Shown: piece after piece, positions 7,909-18,700 of the stretch
Layout: every line of letters begins with the position of its first letter
Numbering within the stretch: the first letter of the stretch is position 1
NCBI GenBank assembly: GCA_001724265.1
Contig: MEDY01000341.1
Location: 1 to 32,489 of the forward strand
Length of the DNA: 32,489 bases
Origin: Rhizaria sp. SCN 62-66
Lineage: Eukaryota
Direction: 5' to 3'
The notes under the pieces: generated by a model
What the model saw: only the letters and a program-made list of their open reading frames with translations
What the model was told of the DNA's origin: nothing
The model's database searches: none
Position numbers and translations under genes: made by a program

Positions 7909-10821
7909 ACCCATGCCGCCGGACATCCCGGGCATGCCCATGAAGCCCATGCCGGAGAGTCCCATGCTGGGCATGCCGGGCATCCCCAATCCGGGCATAC
8001 CGGGCATGCCCATGCCGGGCATTCCGGGCATGCCCATCATACCGGGCATCGGCGGCAGCCCCATGCCGGGCATCATACCGGGCATGCCCATGCCAGGCAT
8101 CCCCAGACCGCCCATCCCGATGCCGGGCATGCCAGGCATCCCGCCGGGCATACCACCGCCGCTGCCAGCGCCACCACCGCCGCGCTGCTGCTGCATCATC
8201 ATGTTCATAATATGCTGCTGTTGCTGTTGCTGCTGCTGCATGAGCTGCTGCATCTGCGCCACGCTAGGCTTGGCGCCCTGCGCCGCGTCGCCCTCGCCAG
8301 GCCGCGCCAGTCCCGGTGGCGCGCACGGGCCCGCCGAGCCCTGGCTCTGGGTCTGGGTCTGGCTCTGGGCCTCACTGTCCCCGGACTCGGCCGGCGCGTG
8401 TTTGCTGTCGAGCTTGTTCTGGTCACCGGACACGCTGCTGTTGCTGTTGTTCTGCTGTTGCTGCTGCTGCTGGGAGCCGGCGCCGGCGTTGCCCATGTTC
8501 ATGTTCATGTTTATATTCATGTTCATGTTCATGTTCATCATGCCCATCGGACCCATGGGGCCAATCGCGCCGAGGTTCATGCCGCCCATGCCGCCCATGC
8601 CGCCCAGACCGGGCAGAGTACCGCCCATGAAGCCGCTGCCGAGCGGTCCGCCGTGCGGGCCGCCCAGCCCCAGACCGCCGCTGAGGCTGCCGCCGAGGCC
8701 CGTGGATCCCACGCCGCCCATGGCGCCCATGGCGCCCATGGCGCTAAGGCCGAGGCCCAGCCCCATCGCGGGCGGGGTGAACGCGCCTTCGGAGGCGGCG
8801 CTGGTAGGGCCCGCGGCAGCGGAGGAAGAGCCCGAGCCTGTGGAGGCCGGCGCGAGCGCGGAGGCAGAGGCAGAGACAGAGGTCGCTAGCATAGCGTTGT
8901 TGCCGAAGCCGCCGCCGGGCGCGGTGTAGAGCTGCGGACCGAGGCCAAGCGAGAGGCCGCCCAGGCCAAGATTTAGACCGCCCATGCCGCCGCTGCCGAG
9001 GCCTCCGCTGATGCCGCCCATGCCGCCGAAGCCGCCCATGCCGGCCATGCTGCCCAGAGGCATGCCAAGACCCGGGGGCGCGCCCAGCCCAGCCTGGCCG
9101 GGCTGTTGCGACTGCGCGTGCGCAAGCGCGCGCGCCTGCGCCTGGACCTGGCTCAGATGCGACGGCGCGTGCGCGTGCGCGTGCACGGGCGCCGCGGATG
9201 AGGCAGAGCCATTTGCGTCTCTGGGGGCCGCGACGGGCTCAGAACGCGTTTGACTTGAAGACGCAGAAGCAGAGGTAGACGCAGGTACGTTAACAGGCGC
9301 GGGCGCGGGCGTGGGCTTGGGCGGGAGCGGCTCGTCGTCCCAGGCGTCGTTGACGGCGCGGGGCGCGGCAGCAGCGGCAGCCTGCTTCTGCTGCTGCTGC
9401 TGCTGCTGCTGTTCCTCGTCCTCCTCGTCGTCCTCGTACTGAGACTGGTCAGAGTAGTCATCGTTGTTGTTGTCGACAGCGTCGTCGTCGTCGTCGTCGA
9501 CGCCGTCGTCGTGGTTTTTGGTCCCAACGGGCTTCTTTGTCGCGGGGCTCGCGGTAGTGGCTGCGCCGGCCTTCGGAACCGCGGCGACCGCGGAGGGCGA
9601 GGACGCTGAGGTCGCCGCCGCGGACGCCGCAGCTGAGGCAGATGACGACTTGGAGTTCGCGTTTGCCGCAACAGCGGACGCGGACGGCACGGAGGCGGCG
9701 CCTGAGTCGAGCGAGGGGAAGTGGTCCTCGTCGGCCGCGCTTAGAGACGGGAAGCGGTCGTCTGCAGCGCCGGCGGTGAGCGTGGCGACTGGGACCGGCA
9801 CGGCCCAGGCTGAGTTGGCGCGCAGCGCCGGGGGCGCGGCGGCGGCGACCACGGTGGCCGCGGACGGCGCGGACGCCGGCACTGACACCGCGCGCGCTGC
9901 CGCGGGCTGCTGCTGCAGCTGCTGGGGTCGCGTGGTGGCGGCACGCTGCGTTGCGGGCGCGGAACTCGCTGAGACGGCGGTAGGGGGAGCGAGCGGCGAG
10001 GCGCCGGTGAGGGCGCGCGCGGCCATCTGCGCGCCAGTGGAGAAAGAGCCGACGCCGAGCTGGCCGAACTCGGCCATGCGCTCGGCCTCGGCGAGGTGCT
10101 CCTTAGTGAAGCAGTCGACCGGGTTGGCCAGCTCGTGAAGGTACAGGCACTGCGGGTTCGTGCACGTCTGGTAGCGTAGGAAGTAGGAGCAATACTTCGT
10201 TGTACCAAACGTTGCGCGCACGGAGCGTTCGGAGAAGTGACCGCTGTTGATCGCTGTGAGCGCGGCGAGAGCGTCGGCGTGCAGACGGAAGGTGACGTAG
10301 GCAGAGTACGACATGACGTTGTTCGCGTCGACGTGCGCCTGCTTGCGGTTCACAGCGATCTTAACAATCTTACCAAACTTGCCCAGGTACTCCTTCTTAC
10401 GGAGCGTTTCCTCCTTGGCCAGCGCGGGCGGAATGCCGATAATGTAGAGCAGCGTGCGCTGCAGAACACGAAACTCGGCCAGCTCCTCGCGCGACCGCTC
10501 GGCAGACTTCGCGTTCGCCGCCGACGAGGTTCGGCCTGTGGACGCAGCGTTCGCGGCATTCTCGCGGAGTTGGTTCGTCCTGTGAATAATGTTCTTGCTC
10601 TTGCGGAGCGTGTTTGAGTCGATCTGCTTAGGCATTTGTGCCATATCGTAGGGTTTCTGGCATCCCTGGCAACAGGCGGCCTTGGTGCTCGCCATATCCC
10701 TCAAATTATGCCAGCACCAAACGCAGATGCGGAAGCCGCAGTTGCAAGGAAAAAACTCGCGATCTGTCGCATCGAACTCTTCGCAACAGAGCATGCACTC
10801 CGAGACATCCTCGTCGGCCAT
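7450..10821 (-). CDS. CNOT4: NOT4/CNOT4-like E3 ubiquitin ligase (C4C4 RING, RRM, C3H zinc finger, long low-complexity tail), 1123 aa
   Basis: RING CMLCCEEFDATDREFFPCNCGFRICVWCWH...CQGC. NOT4-type RRM RVLQRTLLYIIGI...EYLGKFGKIVKI...SAYVTF. GTTKYCSYFLRYQTCTNPQCLYLHE zinc finger. PPGL motifs in the tail. TGA stop. Confidence 0.95.
7861..7914 (-). repeat. Coding hexanucleotide microsatellite (ATGGGC)n encoding (MG)n in the NOT4 tail
   Basis: Eight perfect GCCCAT copies on + (7861-7908) plus ACCCAT. A similar (GTTCAT)n run encoding (MN)n lies at ~8497-8540, and several CAG-type polyQ runs occur in the same gene. Confidence 0.9.
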
Positions 10822-11610
10822 GCTGAGTGCTATTCACGCTGCAGAGTCAAAGCATGAGAGCGAGATCGGGGTAGGCCGTGGGAGGAAGAGACATGTAGTA
10901 CAAGAAATAAGCGTAACGGATGGGATGGGAGAGGTCACATAAAATAACAAGTTTCATTTTTTCAGAAAAAATAAGGCCTTAAAAAGGGACAAACTGCTCT
11001 CGGTGATGCGTGATCGGACTCCGCAGACACCGCGCCAAAACGGGTGGCCTAGCAAAAGACAGATCACGGTCTGATAGCATCCTGACGGTATTTAAGAAAG
11101 CATCCACCTAGAAAAGGAAAGAATCTACCCGGACATTCAATAATATCACATTTGATGTTTTTCGCGTCGACTAAAGGACCTCCAACGAAAGCGTCCCCTC
11201 TCACTTGTTCCAGACTGTCGCGGACAGAGACTGTAGGCCCTCGATTTTTTCGACCCAGCCCAGTGTCGCTTGTCGTTCGTCGTTGCAAGAGAAAAACAAG
11301 ACGTGAGGCCAGCAAAGAATGGAATTTACTCGGTATTGTCGTCGTCATGTCGATTTTTCATGGGATTTCTCGCATTGAAAACAAGCGATTACATTGTAAT
11401 GTTAAATGCCCAGCTCAGCTCACATCGTCTATCGCCTCCTGTATCTCCTGTTTTCTTTTCTCTTGGCGACCGTTCAACGCTGTCTCCACCAACGACTCTA
11501 CTTCAGCCCTCAACCACTCGCCCGCGTGCGTTTGTGTCTGGCTTTTGCCCCTTACTATTTCGTCAAACTCCGACAGACTTGGGGTGCTGTTGTCTCTGTT
11601 GCTGTGAACG

Positions 11611-12255
11611 ATGTCGCTTGAATCACGCGACGCGGACCTCCGCAAGCTGCATGCCTCCATCCAGGACGGCCTTGGCAACATCCAAAAGAGCAAGTCCAAG
11701 AACAACAAGGACGACATCGCGGCGCTTGCCGCCAAGCTCAAGACCTTCTATTCCGGCCTGGAGCGCGTCAAGTTCGAGATTAGCGAGCTGGACGAGGATG
11801 ACCGCCGGCCGTGGAAGAAACGCTTCAAGGAGCTTCGCACCATGTACGCCGAGTCGCTTAACTCCGTCAAGGCGCTGTCGGAACAGAACAACCGCGAGGA
11901 GCTGCTCGAGACGGCCGACGGCGGTGTCGGCGAGGAGGAGGACACGGAGGAGCGCTACATCCGTCGCGGTGACGAGTTGCTCGATTCGAACAAGTCTGCG
12001 CTGAAGCAGACGCTCGCCACTGTGAACGAAGCGAAGACCGTCGGTACCAAGACGGCTCAGATGCTCGAGGAGCAGAACGCGCAGATGGGCCGCATCGCCG
12101 ACGACCTCGACTCGATGGAGAGCTCCCTGAAGGTCAGCCAGCGCATTCTGCGTCAGATGGCGCGCCGCATGATGACCGACAAGTACATCTGGGTCTGCAT
12201 TGGTCTTGGTATCATGGCCATCATTGCCCTCATTGTCGTTTCTCAAGTCAAGTAA
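11611..12255 (+). CDS. Qb-SNARE, NPSN-like (Vti1/NPSN group), 214 aa
   Basis: N-terminal helical region, SNARE heptads with central Q (TAQMLEEQNAQMGRIADDLDSM), RRMMTDKYI resembling the NPSN RQVATDKCI juxtamembrane motif, and a C-terminal TM anchor. TAA stop. Confidence 0.85.
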   Translation: MSLESRDADLRKLHASIQDGLGNIQKSKSKNNKDDIAALAAKLKTFYSGLERVKFEISELDEDDRRPWKKRFKELRTMYAESLNSVKALSEQNNREELLETADGGVGEEEDTEERYIRRGDELLDSNKSALKQTLATVNEAKTVGTKTAQMLEEQNAQMGRIADDLDSMESSLKVSQRILRQMARRMMTDKYIWVCIGLGIMAIIALIVVSQVK

Positions 12256-12716
12256 GTGATGTTTGCCGAGCCCAAGGCAATCCAGCACGTTACTAAGTCA
12301 TGTATTGCGGGCTTTTCATCGCGGCATTGTACAAGTAATGTTGCTGTATCTTTCGTACTTGCTCTTGTTGTCTTTCAAATCTCAAATCCTGGGCAGTCTT
12401 ACTTGTTGTAAAAGGCAATTATGTATTCTGTTTATCTTTCCCATTCTAATCACAAACACAATCATGATTGGCATGTTTGAGTTGTCTAATACTAGTAATT
12501 TGTTTCTGTAATATCATTTGTCTCTCTATGTTTTGTTTCAATTGTGTCTCTACCCTGTTCCGACGTAAAAAGGTTCATCTTCATGTTGGCGTTGTGACGC
12601 ACGAATACACCATGTCAACAATCGAAAACAATCGCAATCCGATCTGTAACGTGATCCAGCTTTGCCAGTATAAACTATCCGGCCTACCTTAATGTAATCT
12701 CGTGTCAATCAACGAT

Positions 12717-15700
12717 TTAGTTAGGAGGCGCGAGAAGGAGCGCAGTACCGCGCTTGCTCCAGAAGCTGGGCTCGCGGACGCCGGAGCGGAGCTCGACGTC
12801 CATCAAGTACGAGGGGCGTGTGTCGGGGCCCGTGCGGACGGAGTAAAGGTAGAGCGGCGCGGCGTAGAGGCCCTTGGCCTTGGCCTTCTGGCGCTGTTGG
12901 CGCTTGTCCACGGGGCGGAAGTGCACCAGCGGCATCTCGGACCAGAGCTCCAGCACGGCCGGCTCCGTCAGCGCTGCGCCGTCATTGTCCCAGCGCGCGC
13001 CCTCGAGCACAAGGCCTTTGACGAGCGCGCCGTCGCGCGGCGCTGAGGACAGCGCCTGCTCGTTGTGCACCATAACGGTGAATTCCCAACACAGCGCGTC
13101 GAGGCTCGTGCCAGGAGTGCGGCGGGCGTGCACCTGTTGCAGCGCAGAGAGGTAGCTGTTGGGGAACGCGAGGCCGCCGAGCCAGATGATGCGGGGAGCG
13201 CCGCTCTCGGACCACTTGCGCAATTGCGCCACGCGGCGGCCGAGGTCGCGCATCCACGACGCGAGCGGCAGTACCGAGGGGTACGCCACAGACCACGCCT
13301 TAGGGACGCGACCCGCGAAGAGAGCGTCGGCCACAGTCTCGAGAGCGCTAGACATGACGATGCGGCCCTCAAGCGCGCGCGACAGGTTCTCCAGCGAGTC
13401 GGACAACAGAGCAATGAGTCTATTGTAACGGCCCACCTCTTGCACGAGCACAGTCGACAGAGGACGCTCCTCGCGCGACAGCACGCCAGAGTCAACCGCA
13501 GCCAGCGACGCGTACTGCGTACTACTGCGGCGGCCACCAGCGCCAGCGTTGTTACCACCGGCGTTGCCGCCCGCAGCAGGGCCACTCGCAGCGCTACCGC
13601 CGGCGGGCGCGCCTCCAGTAGCAGCGGCCGCAGCGGCGCCGAACATGGCTGACACGGTGTCCACACCCTGGCCGAACGCAGCGCCGTTGGCGAGCGCAGC
13701 GTAAACAGTGTGCGCGAGGTCGACGGGCGCGGGCAGATGCTCCGAGAGGTGCTGCACGAGCGTTGTCATAACTTCGTCGCGCGTGAGACCGACGCCAGCC
13801 TCGGCGCTCGACAGCGCGAGAAGGTCGGAGAGCAGCTCACCGGCCTCGTTGCGCTGAGCAGCGAGTTGCGCGTTAGCGTGCTGGCCGAGCACCTCAGGCA
13901 GCTCCTCGTCGTAGCCAGGCATGCGGTTGATCTCGCGCAGGTAGTCGCGCAGGTCACCGTCCTCGGGGATGCAGTAGCGCTCGGAGACGGCCGAAAGCGC
14001 GTGGCGCGGCTGCAGTACGGTCTCGTTCAGCGCCTGGCTTGACAGCACGTTAAGTAAACGGCGGTCCACGGCGTCGGTGACACGACCACCGTAGTTGGCC
14101 TGGCCGACGAGGTAGCGAATCGCCTCCCACGGGATGTCGTCGTGGTCTTCGAGGTAGCTCTCGAGCACGTGCTGCGACACCGCAAAGTCGGATTGTGCAA
14201 AGTCGTACGGCGTGTTCCAGCCCAGCGAGGAGAAGCGGTGGCGCTCCACGCACGTGGCGTGCATCCAGGCGACAGAGAAAAGGATGCGCTTGTAGCGCTC
14301 CGCACGACGCGGGCGGTTGAGTTCTTCCTCAGTGAGACCGGCGTAGAGGCGCTGCATGTTGGCACGCATGCCACGGGGCGGCTCGGTGGTGACCTTGGTG
14401 CTGTTTTGCAGCAGCCCGATGGGAAAGTCGGGCGTGGGGTCGGAAGACATCCACAGACGGAATCGGCTGTTCATTTTGCGACCGCGCTTGCCGCCCATTG
14501 CAGCACCGCCACTCGCGGCCGCCGAGGATGCGCCGTCGGCGCCGGTGTCGTCTGCACCCGCGGTCCGGTGCGGCATCAGAGTGGCGCATAGGCGCTCAAG
14601 CTCGGGAAGCCAGTCGGGCACGAGGTGCACGTTGGCGAGATAAACCCACGCGCCTGACGTCACGGAGTCGCGGATCGCGCGCTCTGCCTGCGCAGACTGG
14701 CCGCGGCCCATAGCCAGACACTCGAGCGGCACGCCCTGCTGCGCGGCGAGCGCGCGGAGCTGCGGCAGAGGGTCGACACCAGGCGACAAGATAAACACGA
14801 TAGGCGAGGTGGCCTCAGAGCGGCGGAAGATGTCGTTGACGTCCACGCGCGGAGGCTCGATGAAAGCCTTGTCTAAGTACGTCGCAATAAAAGTGCGGAT
14901 GGCGGCCACGAGACGGTCGGGACGCATCACGCGCAGCAGCAGAATATGTTGCAGCTCACCGCGACGGTTCTGCCAGTCGGCAGGGGGCGACACGCGGTCC
15001 GGCGGCGGGTCCTCGGCACGCGCCCAGGCACGCCACTCGGCGCCGTGTTGCTCGACCGACTGCACGAGGTTGCGGAAGGACGGGAGCTGGTCAAGCGCCA
15101 CAACGAGATCCCACGCGTCCTCGCTGAGCCACTCGCAAGGGTTGCTGGGGCGTTGCGCAGAGCGCACCTCACCCTCGGAGCCACCGGCAACGACGGCCGA
15201 AGTGCCGCGGATGAGGAACGACAGCTCGGAGGGGTCGACGATGCCCTCAGCCTCGAGCTTGCGAAGGCAGAGGTGGAAGGAGAAGAGCAGCTTGTGCTTG
15301 TCGAACAGCGCGCGCGACGCGTACTGGTACATGGCGAGCATGTGCACCTCGGCAATTTCCTCAACGCGCTCCGAAACGTCGATAGCATCGCCGCGGGCGG
15401 CTCGCGTGTCGGCCACCGAGCGGCGGAAAAGCTCGGTGTAGGACGCGAGGGAGAACTGGTACATAGGGTCGATCTCGGCCATGTCGGCGAGCACAAAATA
15501 ACACATAGCAGCACGAGCAGCGCACGGGCGGTAGGCTTCACGAGCGGCATCGATGTGCGCCGACGCAGCCTGAGAGCGCTCAAGCTTGGCCTGGACCTCA
15601 ACCTCGGCGCGCTTAGAAGCGGCGAGAGCGCCGACGAGCGTCTCGTCTTCGAGCAGAGTGCCCTCGGACTCACCGAGCATCGTAAGGATACCGTCCTCGA

Positions 15701-18700
15701 GGTCACGCAGACGCTTGCGGTCGGCCGCGACGTCCTTGATGAGACGCATACGGTCGGACTCGGTCTTAGGCTCCTCAAGCGACACGAGCAGAGACAGGAG
15801 CTGCTGCTCCAGACCGCGGAGCTTGACAGCAAAGTTCACCACGGTGCACTTGATAGCAATCTCAGGCGAGAAGCTCGGGTTCGGCGCCTTGCTGGTGATC
15901 ATGATGCGGAAGCCTGCACGCACGTCGAGATCCTTGTCGTTGAAGTGCACAAGGCGCGACGTCGCTGCGTTGGCAGCGGCAGCAGCGCGCGCGGCCGCAA
16001 GGGCTGACTGCGCGCTATGGCCAGCACCAGCCGCAGCAGCACCATCGTTGGTGACACCACTAGGCGTGAAGAGCGACAGCACCGGGTCGAGCAAAGGGTC
16101 GAGATCGTCAGGAACGTCCTGAACAAGCACGGGGGCGCCCTGTGCCATCGCAGTCTCCATGGTACGGAGCCACGTCGGGTTGGAGAGGTCGCAAAGCACG
16201 AGGCCACGAGACTCCTCCTTGGCGCGAATCCAGCGGCCAGCCTGGCCTTGGGGGTCAATCATGAGCGGCGGGCGCGGCGCGTTGTTGACGAGTACACCGT
16301 TGGCGAGCGACAGAGGATCATTGGGCAGGCCCTGGATAGTCCAGTCAACGAGCTCGGCGGCGGAGGCAAGGAAAACCGTAATGGCCACGCCGGTCGCCGA
16401 GTACGGAACACCGAGACGCTTGAGCTGCGGCTCCCAGTCCTCCCTGATGAGGTGCTCGCGGTACTGGTCCAGGAAGGGACCGGCATAGACGAGGAAACCG
16501 GCGGCAAGTGCGCAGTCACCGACGAGCGTGGACATGGTGGCAAATAGCACTTTGACCTGCTCATCCCAGCGGCCACGCTTGTCGGAGAGACCATCGACGA
16601 GTTGAGCGGCACGCGCGAGCTTGACCTCGAGGTCAATAGCCTGCTGGTGCACGGTCTCGGACTCGCTCTTGAGCTCCTGCAGACGCTGCTCAAGACGGAC
16701 GAGGTTGGCAGCGACCTCCTCGAGCTGAGCCTGCGCGGCAGCGAGCTGCTGCGTCTTCTGCTCGAGACTAAGCTCGGCAGCACGCAGCGCCTCACGACGT
16801 GGCTGCACATCACGAAACACCTTGGCGTACATCTCCATCGCGCACACCCAGTCGCAGAGTGCACCAGCGGCTGCGGAAACGTCGCTAATATCGTCGGCGT
16901 TAAAGTCCTTGTGCTTGGTATACTTGCCGACAGCCTTAAGTGTAGCGTTCGAGATGTTGTCCTTGTCGAAGTTCTGCAGGCGCGCCAAGAAACTAGGGTC
17001 GGAGAGCTGCTTCTTGGCAGAGGGCCAAGAGACTTCCTCGCCGAGAATGACCATGACAGCGCACATCACCTTCTCGACGGCCTTGGGCGGCTTGGTGTAC
17101 GACTTGACTTCGGTGACGGCCGTGCGCGAGAGCTCGTTAAGAGACTTCATGGCCTTTTCGAGTGCGGGGGTAACCTTGTCAAGCTCGGCCTGAGCGAACA
17201 TCTTAATCTTCATCGTCTCGAGGGCATCCTCTTTGGTGCGAGCGGCCTCAATCTCGACCTGGCGCTTCTGTTCATCGGCAGCGCGCTGCTTCTGCATGAT
17301 CTCAACCATGAGCTTGTCGCACTGGTTCTTCTTCTGCGCCACAGCGCGGTTCTTCTCCTCGAGCTCAAGGCCGAGAGTGTTAACGGCGCTCTGCGTTGCC
17401 TCGAGCTTGCCGATCGACGCGTAGAGCTTTTGGATTTGCAACGCGACCTCGCTCTGCTTCTTGCGCATTAGGTCCTTGTGCACGCGCACGACGTCAAGAT
17501 ACTTGGTCGGCGTGATGTGATTTACGCGGTGCATCTCAGCCAGCATGCGCGCCGCCTGCGTTTCAGCACTCGTGTGGAAGTGCGTGAACACTTGCGCCAA
17601 CGAATCAGCCATGCGCGCTGCGGCCTGTGGCGTGGTGCCAATGAGCTCGGCCACAGTCGGGATCGGGGTGAACTCGGTCTTGACGGGCTTCTTGGCGGCG
17701 TCCTCCTCCTTCTTCTCCTCAGACGGCAGAGGCGCGAACAGAGGCGCAATGATCTTCTTGGCTGGTACAACGGGCTGCACGGGGGCGGCCACGGCCGGAG
17801 GCACGAAGACACCCATGAAGGCGTTGGCGACCTCCTTGAGTGCCTGCTCGGGCCAGCGCGAGAACCAGTCAATAACACAACAATTGACGAGCGCAGGGAA
17901 GTTGCGGCAGCGCTCGCGGAAAGCCTTGCCAACGGGTGACATGCACATAATGACATGCATGTTGGAACGTGCGCGGGAAATGAAAAAGTTGTACAGGTCA
18001 GCTGATGTGGCGGGCACACCGGCGCGCGCGGCATCAGAGCGCAGGTTGTCGAGGATGGGGTTAAGCTCCTCCGGGGGGAACAGACGCTGCACCTCGCCAT
18101 TCTTGATGATGGCCGTGATGTCCTCCAGGAAGGCCTCGTCCTTGATCTGCATATCGGTCATCATCAGCGCGGTGGGCTGGCGCTTGACTCCGCAGTCAAG
18201 GAAGAGCTCCTTAAGGTCGTCGCGGAAAGCGCGCACGTCGTACTTGGCGCTTGGGTGGATCTGACGAACTTTAAGACCGGCGAGGTAGGCGCCGAGACGA
18301 CCCATGGCTTGGCGACCAGAGCCGCCGACACCGACGAGCAGGCAATGGCCGCGGGACTCAGTAAGGGCGCGGTAGATGCGGAGTACGTGGTCGACGGCGT
18401 CCTTGAAGAGCACGAGGTCCTGCTTGTCTTTGGTGGGGTCGCGGTTGAACTCGGCAATGCGCGCCTCGAGGAAAGAGCGCAGCTCGTCGGATCGCGTGGT
18501 GATGTCCATGTAGGGCGCACGCTCGTCGGCGTCCTCGAGCATCGAGTTAGCCGCAGTGGCCGCGAGCGCAGCGATGGCGGCATCGTCGGCCAGCAGGTCA
18601 GAGTACACAGGCGCGCTGCTCTCGCGAAAGATCTTGCGGATGTTCATCTCGAAGCCCTGCGGCTCGGAAGCGCGCTGGTTCAGGATCTCTAGAAGACGTG

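Noticed and set aside
7525..8929. Long antisense and alternative-frame ORFs (454 aa and 391 aa opposite NOT4, and many opposite the dynein, subtilisin, SNARE and GAA1)
   Set aside because: These are expected shadows of GC-rich codon bias and repeats. The translations are low-complexity mirror sequences with no recognisable domains.
11152..11621. ORFs upstream of or overlapping the SNARE gene
   Set aside because: They have non-ATG or weak starts, pyrimidine-rich UTR/promoter-like composition and no coding codon bias.
18305..18335. AAA4 Walker A with Arg instead of Lys (GVGGSGRQ)
   Set aside because: This is normal for DNAH2 and several inner-arm dyneins.
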